DNA of 64,000 nucleotides from positions 62,001 through 126,000 of the forward strand of contig JAQGDQ010000562.1 of assembly GCA_030141605.1 (NCBI GenBank). Direction: 5' to 3'. Source of the stretch: Tubiluchus corallicola. Taxonomy: Eukaryota > Animalia > Priapulida. Under the pieces are notes generated by a model that did not search any database, had not been told where the DNA came from, and worked only from the letters and a program-made list of their open reading frames with translations. Below, piece by piece: positions 40,301 through 53,200 of this stretch. Position 1 is the first letter of the stretch. The number at the start of each line of letters is the position of its first letter. Position numbers and translations under genes: made by a program.

Positions 40301-43300
40301 ATACTAATTCAAACTTCAGCTTTAGCTATCTAATTTTTGTAAAAAATTATTCTACCTTTGACAGAAATTGATAGTGCCCTGCTTTTCTACAGCTGATGGA
40401 TGACGTCATTAATGAAGAATGGGGTATTCAATATGGGAACTCCCAAGTGTGAAATGACCGCAACTTCAAACTGATTTTATTAATTATACGATGTGCTTAT
40501 CACACTTTCATTACTAAGTAAATTCCAACATTTTTTCCAAACACTGAAATAAACCTAACTTTCCAGAAGGCTTGGCCTTTCCTTTAATACATGCCATGCT
40601 ACTGAATGCAGATTCAAACTCGCAGATTGTTAAACGACATAAAACACAGCAAACATAACACAATAGATATATTAATAAACTTTTGAATATCACCCAAGAG
40701 ACGAGGGATCGACACCAACAATTTCATATGTTTAGAATTACACTCACCTCTCCTGGTTTATTATATACATAACAGTTGGTGAAAACAGTATTGAAGTCTT
40801 CTATGCATTCCTCAGCACTGTAATACCATTTATGTTCCAACCGTTTCTTTATTGTGCCTAAATCCATCGGATGTTTTATGATTTTGTGGTAATCCTGTAA
40901 TCAAGAGCAATAATACACAATCAATTCATTAAAAAGCTCCTGCAATGCAAAACAAATGTTCAAATATTTGCAATGTTTTCGCACCGCATAAAAAATCAAC
41001 AAACAATTACAAGTAACTTTTACAAAAACACGAAAGATGAAAAAATGGAAATCCTAATGTACGAAAAATAGGTGAAACGTGCAAAATTTCAGCAACACCA
41101 CATCTTTTTGACCAGAAAAAAATTAAAACTGTAGCCTTACTAATTCCTGTTTTGCTAAGCCAACCACAAATAACCGAAAAAGCAGCTGTAACATCACACA
41201 GCAAAACACATTTTAGACAACAAAAGTCCAGAGAAAATTCAACAATTAAATATTTTTCTGACTCCTCTTTACAATTAGGCAGTTTTAGAATATAGAATGT
41301 CAGACTTTGAAGTGGATGAACCATAAAAGTGAATTCTCTTTACAACTAACTAACCATTGTAGGATGACACACACTTTTGAGAAAAGATAAGTTTTCTTTT
41401 GTTTGTTATCCCCTCCCTTGTTTATATTTATTCATACTGTTGTAAAAACACAACGAGAACGTATAAGAAAATTAACAAGTGGGTCGTGTCGTTATTTTCT
41501 GTCAAACAAAATCACTTTCCAGACTATTCAGAAACAAGGAAAAGCAATTCCAGACATTGTTAAACTATTGTGAAAAGTAACAAATGCTACAAACATCTCA
41601 TTGAGTATTTGAGTGCTTGAGTCCTTGCAGTGTGCTGGCTTGTATAAAAAACAAATTCCAGGAAAATGCGGTGTTAAGTGAATCACTGCTAAATAAAGCC
41701 GTACTTTCATAGGCAAGAACACATTTCTCTGACGGCAAACCAATATATGTCTAGCACTTTTAATGAGTTCTAATCCTAGTATATTTACAAAGATTTTTTT
41801 GCTAAACCTGAAAAGTAATTATTTAATGTACTATTAAGTGTTAAACAGCCGTCATTGCTATAAAGTACTGTCTTTGTCGTTTCTTAGGTATTTCATAGAG
41901 ATCAAATCTGTAATATGAATGCAAATTATCATCTACATTTGCTTTATGAAATATTTACTTTATCTATGTTTGTAAATGAAATTAAAGCCTTCCTTTCATT
42001 TCATGCCAAGGTTGAGGTCATGTTAATCACATTAGAAAAAGTAGGCTGCCGATAGTTGTGGGTCAATTGGTCCCTTCTTTCCATGAGCAATTACAACTTG
42101 TTGTTAGAAACTTAAAAATATGTACATTTGTGTGAAAAGCTTACCAGGCAACTATCAATTTGTTATTACATGTACTATCATAGTCAGGAAATTCAACTTT
42201 GTCATAATTATCTTTTCTGACAGAAAAAAAGTTCAATGGCATATTAACACTGCTAGTGACTATTTAGGCATAATACTTATTGGGTAAATGGGCTGGCAAA
42301 CGTCTAGCAACCAGAAGCATAAAATGTGGATATCATTAAATAGTTTGACAATTGTTTCATTACAATTACTGCATTAGCATTTGAGAGTAACTGGTTTTTC
42401 TAGTATCGTTCTGTAAATATTAGCTCCTGTACTTGCAATCGTTTTGCTGCAGGTGGCACCACATATTTCCGTTAGTTATGAGTCATAGTGTGTCCTATAC
42501 ACATCGACCTTGCAATCGTTTTGCCGCGGGTGGCACCACATATTTCCGTTAGTTATGAGTCATATGTCTTACCGTCGGCGGTGTTAGTAAAAATAATCTA
42601 ATTTCATTATCAATGATTTAATACATTGTTACAAAATTTTTGTCACTTTTGAAATTTCGTGTATAGTAGTTAGTTTTTCAAAATTTCATTCGTTTCGTTC
42701 CTGTATTATTGTAAGTAAGGAAAATTTTGCTCGTTTCGTCCATGTATCGTCTACCAAATACTGTCCCCATTATCACAGTATCATGGCTTTCATCTATCAC
42801 CTTTAACTACACATTGACACACAAAATGTTTTTCAACTGTGATGTTGACGAAGCATTCAGAACACCAAACTCAAACAAATGTCATCCATAAGGTAGCCAT
42901 TTTGTATGGGATTTGACAACACAGCATGAACTCAAAACCCAAGCAAAAGCTGCCAACATTTCTAACACATTTCTCTGCACACCGCAAATTATTCTTGTTT
43001 TCATTATAGAAATTTATATTCGAATACTTTCTGCATTTTAGCTTATTCTAGACTTTTGTTTTGTCAAGAACCACAAAATGGCTAAGGATTTACAGAGATT
43101 CTGATCAAATCTAATGATCTTGAATTGATTTGCATTATAGTCAAACACCATTGTAATTCCCCCATTTATAACACCAACCTGGCTTAAAGGACAAGAAAAG
43201 GGGTACCTGAAGTAGTTTCAGAAAAATCGCCTTAAATTATATTACTTTATAGCTATTTTTTTGCATATATCGTACTTGCGTTAAAAGGAATTTTATCGTT

Positions 43301-43410
43301 TTCATTTTAAATCTCCCGCAATACTCTTCCGACCGTGCCATTACATGACATCACCTACACTCAGGGGAAGAAAAGGGAATGTTAAGCTATGCCCAAAAAA
43401 ATATTTCATG

Positions 43411-43451
<41 letters not shown>

Positions 43452-45564
43452 CTTCTGCTTGAAAGACTTATGTAACTAGAAAAGAAAATTATTATTCAAA
43501 ATGATTTAACCAACTGTTAAAATGTCGTTGACTCACTTCCAGGGTGCATCACTCGCTAACCAAAAACGTATTTTTAATCTTACTGACAATATACGGTAAT
43601 TTAAAATTTTACTTAGTTAGTGACGTGTGCGCCACAATGTTCTAATTAACAGTCACTGCGGGAGTTTAAATTTACATGTTTTATACAGCGCTACTGCCAA
43701 CGCAAACCCTGTATGCAAAAAGACAGCAAGTCAGTGGTATAAAATTTCAAGACGAATTTTTTAAGCTTTATGTAGGTGGAGGCTTTTCTTGTGCTTTAAC
43801 ACAAATATTTTTGCACAGACGTGTACGTATTAATGCACTTCGTTATAACGTCAAACTCACATAATGCCAACCTCCTTTGTAGACCCGAAAGAGGCATGAT
43901 TATATACACCCATATATTGGAAAGATTTTGTGTGCCAATATGCATTTGAAGATGAAGAGCATGTACAGCGAGTACATATTTATGTACACGCTAAATAACT
44001 GTTTAGACGTAGGAGTCGGAGCAGGACTATCCAAAATTCTAGAAGTCCGAGTTGGGAGCTAGATTTACCAACTCCATAGCTTTGAATTAGAAACACCTAT
44101 TACTTACTGGCAAACCAAGCTTGATGGCATCAACAGGTACTTGAAATGGCCAAGCAAACTGATGTTTCCAAACAGGCTTCATTACATGCTTTTGGATGTA
44201 GTCAAGTTGGTTTGTGCTCCGCGTTTTCTTGGTCGGTGGTGGAATAAATGGAGGCTGCACAAATCCAGACGCTGGAATAGTTCTTTCTGCCTCTGGCATA
44301 TCCTAGAAACACCAAAATAAAAATTTTATTATTAATTAGGAAATAGAAATGACGGCAAAAATTCTCCACAAAAACTTTACTCAAATACCTAAATTCTAAG
44401 TTTTATTCTATTTTATTGCTCTGACATTGTTTTATCACATGCAAACTTAGTTTCACAAACAAACAAGTTAACTACTTCAGTGTAATTATCTATAAACTGA
44501 TGCAAAAATCAAGGACTTATTTTAACTTTTAGTAACATAATGCACTAAGCAAGTTGTTACCTGCCACAAAATTCCCACAAGTTAATTTATTACATGAAAG
44601 AAGAAATGCACAATTATTAAATTAAAACAATGTAAATATAAAAATAAAAAGTGATTTAGAATTCGGCTTATACTTCTTAGCATGCCTAAGATCAATTTAC
44701 CAAGGTGATCAAGGCTTATTTTCCACCTTTCCGTATAGATGAATTTCGTCCGCGTAGGAATCTAACAAAAGCATCGCAATCGTAGTGCTCACTTGCTTAT
44801 CATTATGCGAAAACATTATCATTGGGAATTTCTGTGCTATAATTAATGCAGATATAGGGCACCAAACAGTGCAATTTTTACAAAAGCTCAATCACCATGA
44901 CAGTTGTAAACAGGCGATTATTCTTGGCATGTCAACTGGCTAGTGTTTACGTGTATTTAAAGCTCGGGGAAACTAAAAGAAAATATAGATTTTGCATGCA
45001 AGATTTTAAAAAGTTTTTAAAAAGGCATAACAATTAGGTGCAATTTTACAACTACTTTAAAAATAAAATTAAAATTTGCAGACAAAAAGTACTTTTACAG
45101 GTAGGCTCGTTTTTTAATTATTGCTACGTGTCTCAATACTATTGAATAAGCTTCTTATTTTACATCTGCTTTGAAATGGAACTGTAAGGAATAATCTGCT
45201 TTAATTACCATAGTCGGGAAAGTTAATAGTCTAACTTTTCTGATTTTATGTGATTTTCTAGCAATTGTGTAGACACTATCGCACAAAAATGGTTTTCACG
45301 AAGTTTGCAAATTGCATTTGGAGACTCAAACTCTCTAACTAGCCCTCAAACACAAATAAGCAAGCACTGTTACAGAGAATGCAAAGCAGGATGGGCAAAA
45401 ACCTACAAAGTCAGCAGGAAAATATGATAAAAAAGTGATTAGAATGATTCTAAAGGGCCTACCAACTTTTTATCTTCGTAGATGTGCCTCATAATTACTA
45501 GCTAATGGCAAGTCACACTTTTAATTTTAGTTAAACTTACACTTGATGCTTCACCATTTTCCAT
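16315..45564 (-). CDS. BRD4: BET family bromodomain protein (BRD2/3/4/T, fs(1)h-like), long isoform with BD1, BD2, ET, Ser-rich region and C-terminal P-TEFb-interacting motif; 26 coding exons, about 1210 aa
   Basis: Exons (minus strand): 45564-45541, 44302-44108, 40894-40748, 39304-39083, 38684-38433, 36709-36509, 36209-36111, 34780-34679, 33852-33724, 32149-31970, 31877-31749, 30869-30559, 29251-29091, 27313-27146, 25661-25518, 25105-24992, 24454-24426, 24252-24177, 23229-23071, 22661-22579, 21932-21803, 20838-20696, 18995-18861, 18653-18562, 17051-16910, 16380-16315. All are GT-AG and phase-consistent (3633 nt). Motifs: [38 protein letters not shown] (BD1); [13 protein letters not shown]; [23 protein letters not shown] (BD2); [12 protein letters not shown]; [42 protein letters not shown] (ET); [13 protein letters not shown]; [17 protein letters not shown] (C-terminal motif). 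The low-complexity exons and the first exon are less certain than the domain exons. Confidence 0.95.
17270..17580 (+). mobile_element. Helentron/HINE-like non-autonomous element remnant
   Basis: tgacctt and aagtttggt motifs, a (GAC)n microsatellite at about 17519-17527, terminal hairpin CCATTC-ttg-GAATGG followed by an A-run. This matches the HINE layout described in bivalves. Confidence 0.45.
19647..19833. mobile_element. Degraded pogo/Tigger-like MITE, same family as 57811-58354
   Basis: TA|CAGTCAAATCTC ... GAAGTTTTACTG; the interior resembles the 57811 element (ttttgg.aaaaca.aat.tc, catta aagcacct..tataatg). Confidence 0.5.
22090..22475 (-). mobile_element. L2/CR1-group LINE 3' remnant in a BET intron
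   Basis: Translation [30 protein letters not shown]...RASFS resembles the L2 ORF2 C-terminus (LL.TFK.L.G.AP.YL..L...P.R.LRS...RAFS). Degenerate; the left boundary is approximate. Confidence 0.6.
23326..23984. mobile_element. piggyBac-like MITE, 659 bp
   Basis: TTAA|CTCCTTGAGGACC ... GGTCCTGAAGGAG|TTAA: 12 of 13 TIR match with TTAA on both sides. Confidence 0.8.
25720..25838. repeat. Compound microsatellite (TA/TATC, TACA, TACG)
   Basis: Visible directly, e.g. tacatacata catacgtacg tacgtacgta. Confidence 0.85.
27478..28175. mobile_element. pogo/Tigger-like MITE, about 700 bp
   Basis: CAGTAAGTCCTCACTTAACGAC ... GTCATTAAGCGAGGACTTACTG: 20 of 22 TIR match. Flanks are TG/CA rather than TA. Confidence 0.75.
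28251..28309. repeat. Imperfect (CAT)n microsatellite
   Basis: tcatcatcatcattatcatcatcatc...catcgtcaccattgtcatcatt. Confidence 0.8.
29332..29763. mobile_element. Tc1/mariner-pogo-like MITE, 432 bp
   Basis: TA|CAATAATATCTCGGTTTGCCGGAC ... GTCCGGCAAACCGAGATGTGAGTG|TA with a perfect 17-bp inverted core. Confidence 0.8.
29891..30494. mobile_element. pogo/Tigger-like MITE, 604 bp
   Basis: TA|CCGTATATACTTATGTACAAGT ... ACTTGTACACACGTATATACGG|TA. Confidence 0.85.
33253..33557. mobile_element. pogo/Tigger-like MITE, 305 bp
   Basis: TA|CAGGTAGTCATTGACTCACAACCA ... TGGTCGTAAGTCAATGACTACCTG|CA: 22 of 24 TIR match. Confidence 0.8.
34945..36114. repeat. Minisatellite, 69-bp unit x about 17, filling BET intron 7 and starting at the splice donor
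   Basis: Plus-strand unit GTGAAGAACCTACAAGTTACAGAACACAACAATATATTCACAGCACAAGAAACAACTGAATCAACAATA, seen as 23-aa periodicity in the 498-aa and 415-aa ORFs. Confidence 0.98.
39356..40050. mobile_element. hAT-like non-autonomous element, 695 bp
   Basis: TAGGGATGTTACCAAAA ... TTTTGGTAACATCCTTG; perfect 8-bp TSD AATGTAAC (39348-39355 and 40051-40058); subterminal aaccga/aactga repeats. Confidence 0.9.
43188..43795. mobile_element. Kolobok-like (TTAA target, AG..CT ends) non-autonomous element, copy 1
   Basis: TTAA|AGGACAAGAAAAG ... CTTTTCTTGTGCT|TTAA; both ends match 52143-52786 in reverse orientation; contains a (TA)n tract. Confidence 0.75.
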
Positions 45565-46439
45565 GTTTTCTTAGTTTCCACCTACAAAGTGTGGCTCTAA
45601 ATCTAAAACACAATTATATAGAGCATTATTATACTACAAATTTTAATATTATTGTCAAAAGTATCACATATGCCTTTAAAACGTGGTGCTGTTAACATAC
45701 TAGAAAATACTTGGCACATTAATATAATATTTAAAAGCAAAAACAAATAAATTTGTTTACAACAATTTATTTCTTGTTTATTCACTGCAGCATTCAATTA
45801 ATCTACAAATACATTTAAAAAATCATTTTCACTGTTACACACGACTCACTTATGTGAACAGAAATATACCAGAAGTATACAACCACAAATATTACACAAC
45901 AGAAAAATCGTCTACAGTCACCACAGCTGTTCTCCAACATATTTACAAAAAAAATTGAAGTTGAAAGTTCACGGTAAGCCTATAAGTACTGGACATACAC
46001 AATTACACATCACTTACATGTAAATTAGACATTCAGAAAGTAAATCTACCCTTTATTTCATTAGTTAGATGCAGGACTATTAATGCCTTTGGTTAAACAA
46101 CCATACCCACATACTAGTCAACCCTTTGTAAAAAAAACAACAGTGAAGTCATTTACTGATGTATATTTAAGAAAGACATTGTAGTTTGTAACAAATTTTG
46201 CTAAACAAGATAAATAAAAATTCTTTTCGCAAAAACCGAGATTTGTTATAATAAAATCTAGAAATTTCTGACAAATTTTCAACAAGGTATTTCAGAAATA
46301 AAGAGTCGTCAAGCTTTGTTTTATTTCAGCAATGAACGTTAAGCGAAATTCTAGAAATGCAAATCTACAAAAACTAGACGATTTTAATTCTGTACAAAAA
46401 GGAAAACCGGAAATTTTTGTACTCTAATCATCCCAAGAA

Positions 46440-47236
46440 ACAAAGCGAGAAGACCAAAACTACACAAAATGGCGTAAGATTTAAACAGCGCCACCCCGAG
46501 CACGAGTATGAATCATTACCGAAATATTCTAAAAATTGAAAAAAGCTCAGAGATTCTTTAGAAATGAAAAGATCAAAATAATTATTAATGCTTCGTTCAT
46601 TATTGTTTTAATAATTAGTATTTTTATAATGTTGACTTGTCTAGCGCAAAGTATTTAAATATAAGTATTTACGTTGGCCAAAATGTTTAATAAATTGTGA
46701 CTTAAAGTGAACTGTTCTTTTCGAAATAAAAATAAAAAAACAGACATATCATGTAAACATTAAAACTTTTTTTGCTCTCAATCATCTTACCCATTTATTT
46801 TATTTTGACGAACGGCGAACGAAAGCGGACTTATCTCAATGTGCTCAGTCTACGATCACGTGATCACATACATTGGCTTGCATATTTTTGTATAAACAAA
46901 CGGATACAAGTTAAAGTTTTGATTATAACAGCGTGCACGTGGCTTATTATTAACCTTTATCAAATATTGTTGTGGACCAATGTATGACTATCACATACGC
47001 GATGCTAATTCGCACATCATTCCACAAAATTTAGCGGTAACACGAAAGAAACCTCCCTCCACCAAATCGGCGAAGGGAGTGCTGAACTATTAGCTTTCAC
47101 GCAGTAGCCACAGCTCGACACATCACACGTGATTGGCTGTTGCGCATTGAAAGCTAGTGCCTGCTAAGCAGTAGCAGCTGTTACTAATCTTAAAATTGGT
47201 TCAGGCCTTTTGTGTGATATTTGCAGTAGGCCTGCA
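46440..47236. promoter_or_regulatory. Putative bidirectional promoter between the BET gene and TYW3
   Basis: The genes are head-to-head and the region is locally CpG-richer. YY1-like CAAAATGGCG at 46465-46474; GATCACGTGATC palindrome at 46854-46865; CACGTG at 46936-46941 and 47126-47131; ATTGG (reverse CCAAT) at 46872 and 47132. TSS positions are not observed. Confidence 0.55.
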
Positions 47237-50200
47237 ATGAATAATGTTCAAAATTTTGCTTCTGCGAAGAAAAATCGATTTGCTTCAGTTGATTTGAGTA
47301 GGAAAGGTTCAATTGATTTACCTATTGTTGATCTGGTAACCTTCATCAATAGCAAAGAATTTCTATTCACCACTAGCTCCTGCTCTGGACGAATTGTGCT
47401 GTTTTCTATGGTATGCTATGTGAAAATTTTGCTGCTTGTGAACATGTACACATCACGAGTTGTTAAATATAATTATATTAATGTTTCTATACACTAATGT
47501 ACATCACTATTAGTTGTTTCCCCATAAACACCATTTTTATATGCTTGGTATATCAGCAGGGCACTTTATTTATGACTTTAGTCATAAATTGCATAAATAG
47601 CTTATTTAATACTAATTTCAGATTTTATTTATGACGTGTCAAATTTTGACCAAAAATGCCATCCTGAGCTAAAAGAAATACATATTTTTAATCAGAATCT
47701 TGTATTTTGCCTTTCTTCGTTCTTCATTACATTAAAATGTAATAAAAATGTCTACTTTCATCATTCCAAGGCCTGAAGTTTCTCGTATTGTTTTGCATGC
47801 AGGCATCCCTCCAGACTGAAATCCGTGATCGTGTTTATAATAATTATAGTATCGGTTTTAATTTGTTTAGGATGACCTATAAAATTACTGCTCATAAAAA
47901 TCAATCTATTAATTAATTCGTACAGTCACAATTCGTAGCCACAATTAGTACAAGTAAATAATGTATTTTTTTAAATATCGATTTTAAATTTAATGTTGGA
48001 AAATACTATTGGCTATTACATCTTTCTAGGGAACCGTCACGTATGTTTTCTAATTAAAATTACATTAAGCAAAATAACTAAACAAGAAAAACAGTTAAAT
48101 TTTAATGACAATGAAGCAACAAATTCTCCCAAAGATAAAATATGCTCAAATTCTAGCAGACGGCATTATTCTTATTTCTTGAGGATGAGGCAGTAAGGCA
48201 CGGGAAACGCTTGCGGCAAACTCGAGCTAAAACCTACACCCAAGCCATTGACTTACGCCGCTTAGGGGTAAGCATCGAAGTTCGGTTCGATTCGAATTCG
48301 AAAGTCACAAAGTCGGTTCGATTCGAATTCGCTTTCTGGTAGAGAATGCTCACCCCTAACGCCGCTAGGATGAGAAAGGCACTGAAATGAACGTGCAAAG
48401 AAAAGAATTAGAAGTGTAGATTTCTGTTATTGTGCAGAGCGTAGGTTTGAGGCGGCAGAACTTTAGGACATTAAAATAGGTAAGCTGTCTTTAATTCAAA
48501 TTTTCGATGGAACGACAACGATTCTGTCGGTGCCTATTTATTTTTTCGCGGTAACGCGCTCATTTACTTTTTATTATTTAGGTTGCTTCTAGACGAGTTA
48601 ATGACAGATAAACGCATCAGTTAGACAGTCTCAGTTACTGTGTTAGTCCACCAAACAGTCACGCGCAAGCTTCTTATGGACTGCCTGTGTGTGTGTGTGG
48701 GAGAGAGAGAGAGAGAGAGACGGTGGAAACAGTTTTCTGTACTGAATTTTTTGTTCCATTCATCGGGAAATGATTATTTTTCTTTCGTTATTTATGACAA
48801 ATTTGAAATCTTATTTATGACTATTTATGACTATTTTGCAAGAAAAGTCATAAATAAAGTGCCCTGTATATCAGTGAGTCTCATGCTAGATGTTGTGTTC
48901 AGATAATACTTATAAAATTTTACATCAATGTGCTCAGTTATTGCACAGCAGAGAACTGACCGAAGTAAGTTTTCTAATGAAACTGCTGACAGTCTAAACA
49001 GGGTGTTCACAAATACAAAGGGCTCATAAGACTAAATAGGTTTTAATAATCTAGAATATTACTTTACTAGTGTTAATTTTTATAGTTTATCAGAAATCTG
49101 AGGTATGGCTTTGCATCTATTCTAAAGTTTTTGGACACATTTATGTAGGACGTTGCACTTGTAAATGTATCTTGCATTTTTATTTTTGTCACAGGCTGAA
49201 ACAAAGAAAAAAGGTTGTCACTGGCATCTGGTGTCTCATGTTAAACTTGAGGATAATGCGCTGGTGAGTGGCTGTTCAAAGTTCGATGTGGTATATAAAT
49301 TCAGCTAGCTACCTTGACTTTTTCAGTTGTATTTTTGAATTTTTAAGTATTAATTGTGAACAGGCCATGAACTTTTATTGTTATGGTTTAGGCCTAAATA
49401 TGCCTGAGGTACTTGTCCTAGATGACTTTACTTTTAAATTTTCATTTTAAACTATCATTTGAAGATTTTTGCATGAAAAAGTAGAAGCCTCTACATCGCC
49501 TGACCTTTGTGACAATGTTGTTTGGTTGTGTATATAGCTAATCAAAAATGTCTCATACTCCAGATCACTAGACAGGCAACACTGTGCTAGCTAATAATTA
49601 GTAGTACATGAGAATGTTGAAGTAATAACAGTATTTGTACTGGTATTACATTTTAAAGACTGTACTGGATACTGGATGTTGTCATTGTTGTGTTGGGACA
49701 GAGTCAGCATTTACAAGGGAAAAGGAGTAAGTCAGTGTTTGTAAATTGCAAATTGTTTTGCACATTTCAAAAATCCCAAATTTATGTTAAGTACCTTTTG
49801 CCTGTCGTCGTTTTGTATTGTTTTTAATGTATGTGCTTGAACAGGGACCATATCTCAACTATGTTTGTGCCCAATGACCAGGGCAAATGATGGATTAGAG
49901 TGAATCTGTTCTTATACAGGATATGCACAATACAAAATCTGTGTGCAACAAGTTGTCTGAGGAAGATGTCTGCTTTCTGCAGATTCATTGAATGCTGTTT
50001 TACAATGTTGTTGCATGCATGCACATAAGCATGTTAAACATGCTTAATTTTATGTCTCAGACAAACTGATCCTGCTCTTGGGCTCGGAACAAAAATCTGC
50101 CTCGGGCAAAACCAGATCAAACTAATAAAAAGCAATTTATGTAGCATGTCGTCTAATAGTTGTTTCCTGAGGTTACCTATGATATAGTTTTCTTTATACA

Positions 50201-53200
50201 AAAGTTACCTTGTACCAGAAAATTTTGTCTAAGACAGTTTATGTCGGAAAATTTGTTGCAGTCAGATTTTTTATCTTGTGCGACTAGTAGAAGCTTAACA
50301 AATGTACCGGTGCATGTCAAACACGATATCTGCTGCCTTTTTAAAGGTCCCCCCCCATATGCTGTGCCTTTGAACATGTGCCCTCTTATGCCATTGCTAA
50401 AATAACTGTTTATATTATATCAGTAAACTGTCACATTATTCGTGAGTTGTGCAAATGTTGTGATTCAATTCATTAATTCCTGGGAGCTGCTTTGTATATA
50501 TAATGGACAAGTGACATTACTGTGTATTAGATGAATGCTGATAATGTGATATATATATATATATATATATACTTTTATGCAAAGAAGCTGTAGCAGGGCC
50601 AGATTAACACCTCATGAGACCCCAAGAACTGAAAATTGTGGTACACCCATACTTGTGTAATTCAGAATAAAAACAACACTAAACTCTGAAATTAAATTTC
50701 ATGATTTATAATAAATACAAAAAACTACCTAGGGCATCACCCTTACACTGCTTAAATAGCTGATATTAGATTTAAAGATGACTCTAAATCTTACAAATAG
50801 GCAGCCACTCAGCATATGTATATGTGAATTGCATACCAATAAACGTTTGTACAAAAGTATCATTTTATATATAATTATATATGGAGCGTAATATATAGTG
50901 AACAAAACTTGTCCTAGGAAACATGGTGCAAACACTTTCATTTTCATTTTTAATGGAATTGATAACGAGTGGAAAATGTCACATTGCTGTGCAAATTGCA
51001 AATTACTTGAATTTTTTACTGTGTGCACTATAATCTTGAGATGTTATTAAAGATGGTTAGACGAGGTACAATGTTTTCCAAAATATTTGTACATTGTTAA
51101 TAAAAATTTAAATTTTATACATCATGTAAGATGAACAGATGATAGATTGCAGAAATTAGTCTTAACTTTTTGGCGTTTGGTTTTTCAGAATGATGCATTG
51201 ACTAACAGTAACACGACTCATGTCACTTTCAAGTTTGAGCCGCTCATTCTTCATATTCAATGCCGGACATTGGCTGATGCTCAGAAACTAGTAATTTTAA
51301 TTCTGTTATAACTATTATTATGATAACTGGCTAGTGTGCAGAAAACTGGATTAATTAGTGCAGTTGCCAGTTTGTTGATTAATATTTGATGAAACAAAAT
51401 CAATTATTGTAAATGTGAACATAATTAAGAGCCTTCAGATGTTCTTGCTAAAAATTAACAAAAAGGAATTAATCAGTTTGGTGAAGAGCTTGTTGAGCAT
51501 GCCCTAACCAGGAAACGTTTATTTCCTGTTACGTAGCTTGTTAAATTGTATAACAGGGTATCTAAACTTTTGTGAATCTCTACCCTTTATTAATGACATT
51601 TGGTATTTCATTGAAGTTAAGAAACTAACCTGAGTGACTCATTGGTACGATCATTAAAAGGAAAAGGAAAAGTTTACTGTCTTTTCATATTTTGTTAAAA
51701 TATGATCATTACATCATAGAAACCTTTAACTGGCCAGTTTTTATGGAGTGTTTGGTAAGCAGTTTTTATTTCATTTTAGGTACGGAGAGGTTTCTTAGTT
51801 TGCAGTGCATAATTTGTGCTATTTCTCGGCTTCTTAACAATATGAGTTGGTCAATCGCTTAGTCAGTGAACACGAAAATAAAGCCTCGCAGCAGCACTAA
51901 AATTTAAGCCTTTTGTGGCCTAGCATCACTTTGTTATGGTCCATATTTCAATTTTATGACTACTGTTCATGCATCAAGGTAAAACACTATAAATGCTCTA
52001 ACTGTTTTTTGTCTTTTAGCTTGCTGTGTCTGTTGCGTCTGGCTATCGAAATTCAGGCATATCTATTGGAAAGAAAGGCAAGATAATCTTGGTGAGTACA
52101 ATAACTGTTAAGCAAATACATGTACAGTATTGCTATGGTTAAAGCACAGGAAAAACCTCCACTTACATAAAGCTTAAAAAATTTGTCTTGAAATTTTATA
52201 CCACTTTCATACTACCTTTTTGCATGCAGGGATTAAGTCAGTCATAGCGCTGTATAAAACGTGTTAGGCGGAGCCATTTTGATGGTAGGTCATTTGAAAC
52301 AAATGTAGGTAACACTGAGTAAAGTTAGAAAAAATAACCAGAGCATTCGTAGCATACATGTTGCTAACAAAGTAAAATTTTAAATTACTGTATCTTGTTG
52401 ATAAGATTAAAAATACGTTTTTGGTTAGTGAGTGGTGCACCTTGGAGGGTGAGTCGCGACATTTTACCAATTGGCACAAACATTATAAATTACTATTTCT
52501 AGTTACATAAGTCTTTCCAGCAGGTTAGCAAAATGCTAAGTAATATAGATTTGCATGGAAAGTTTTTTCGGACATAATTTAACATTGCTTTTTCTTCCCC
52601 TGATTTATGTTTGCTTAGTGACGTCATGTAATGGCACCGTTGGGACAGTATTGTGGGAGATTTAAAATGAAGACAAACAAGAATTCCTTTTAACGCGAGT
52701 ACAATATACGTAAAATGCTGTAAAGTAATATAATTTTTTAAGGCGATTTTTCTGAAACCTACTTCAGTTACCACTTTCCTTGTCCTTTAAGACGCTTTAT
52801 GTACAAGCAATAATAGTCAAGAACTTGTTTTTGAGATTTATTGCATCCAGTTAACTTTATTATAAAAGTAGCATTAGTATGTTATTCATTATTTAAGGAA
52901 ATGCACTGTCAAATGTTAACTTTAATTATGATTTATATGTAGATCAGTTTGGAAATCACTTAAGCTATTTGTAATCACAAAATTAAGAGCTAAGCGTTTC
53001 AAATTTAGCCTTATCCTAGTCCACGATTCAGATTTTATTTACTTTTTCAAAATTAGCAATTTTTTTTAAAAATAAGTCATTAGGCAGGAACCTTTTTACT
53101 AATAGAAACAAAGGTAGCTATATAATACATATTTTAAATGGACTCAGTAAGAAGAAAATTACTACTAGTTTGTTACTTAGTTAAATATACTCAACAAACA

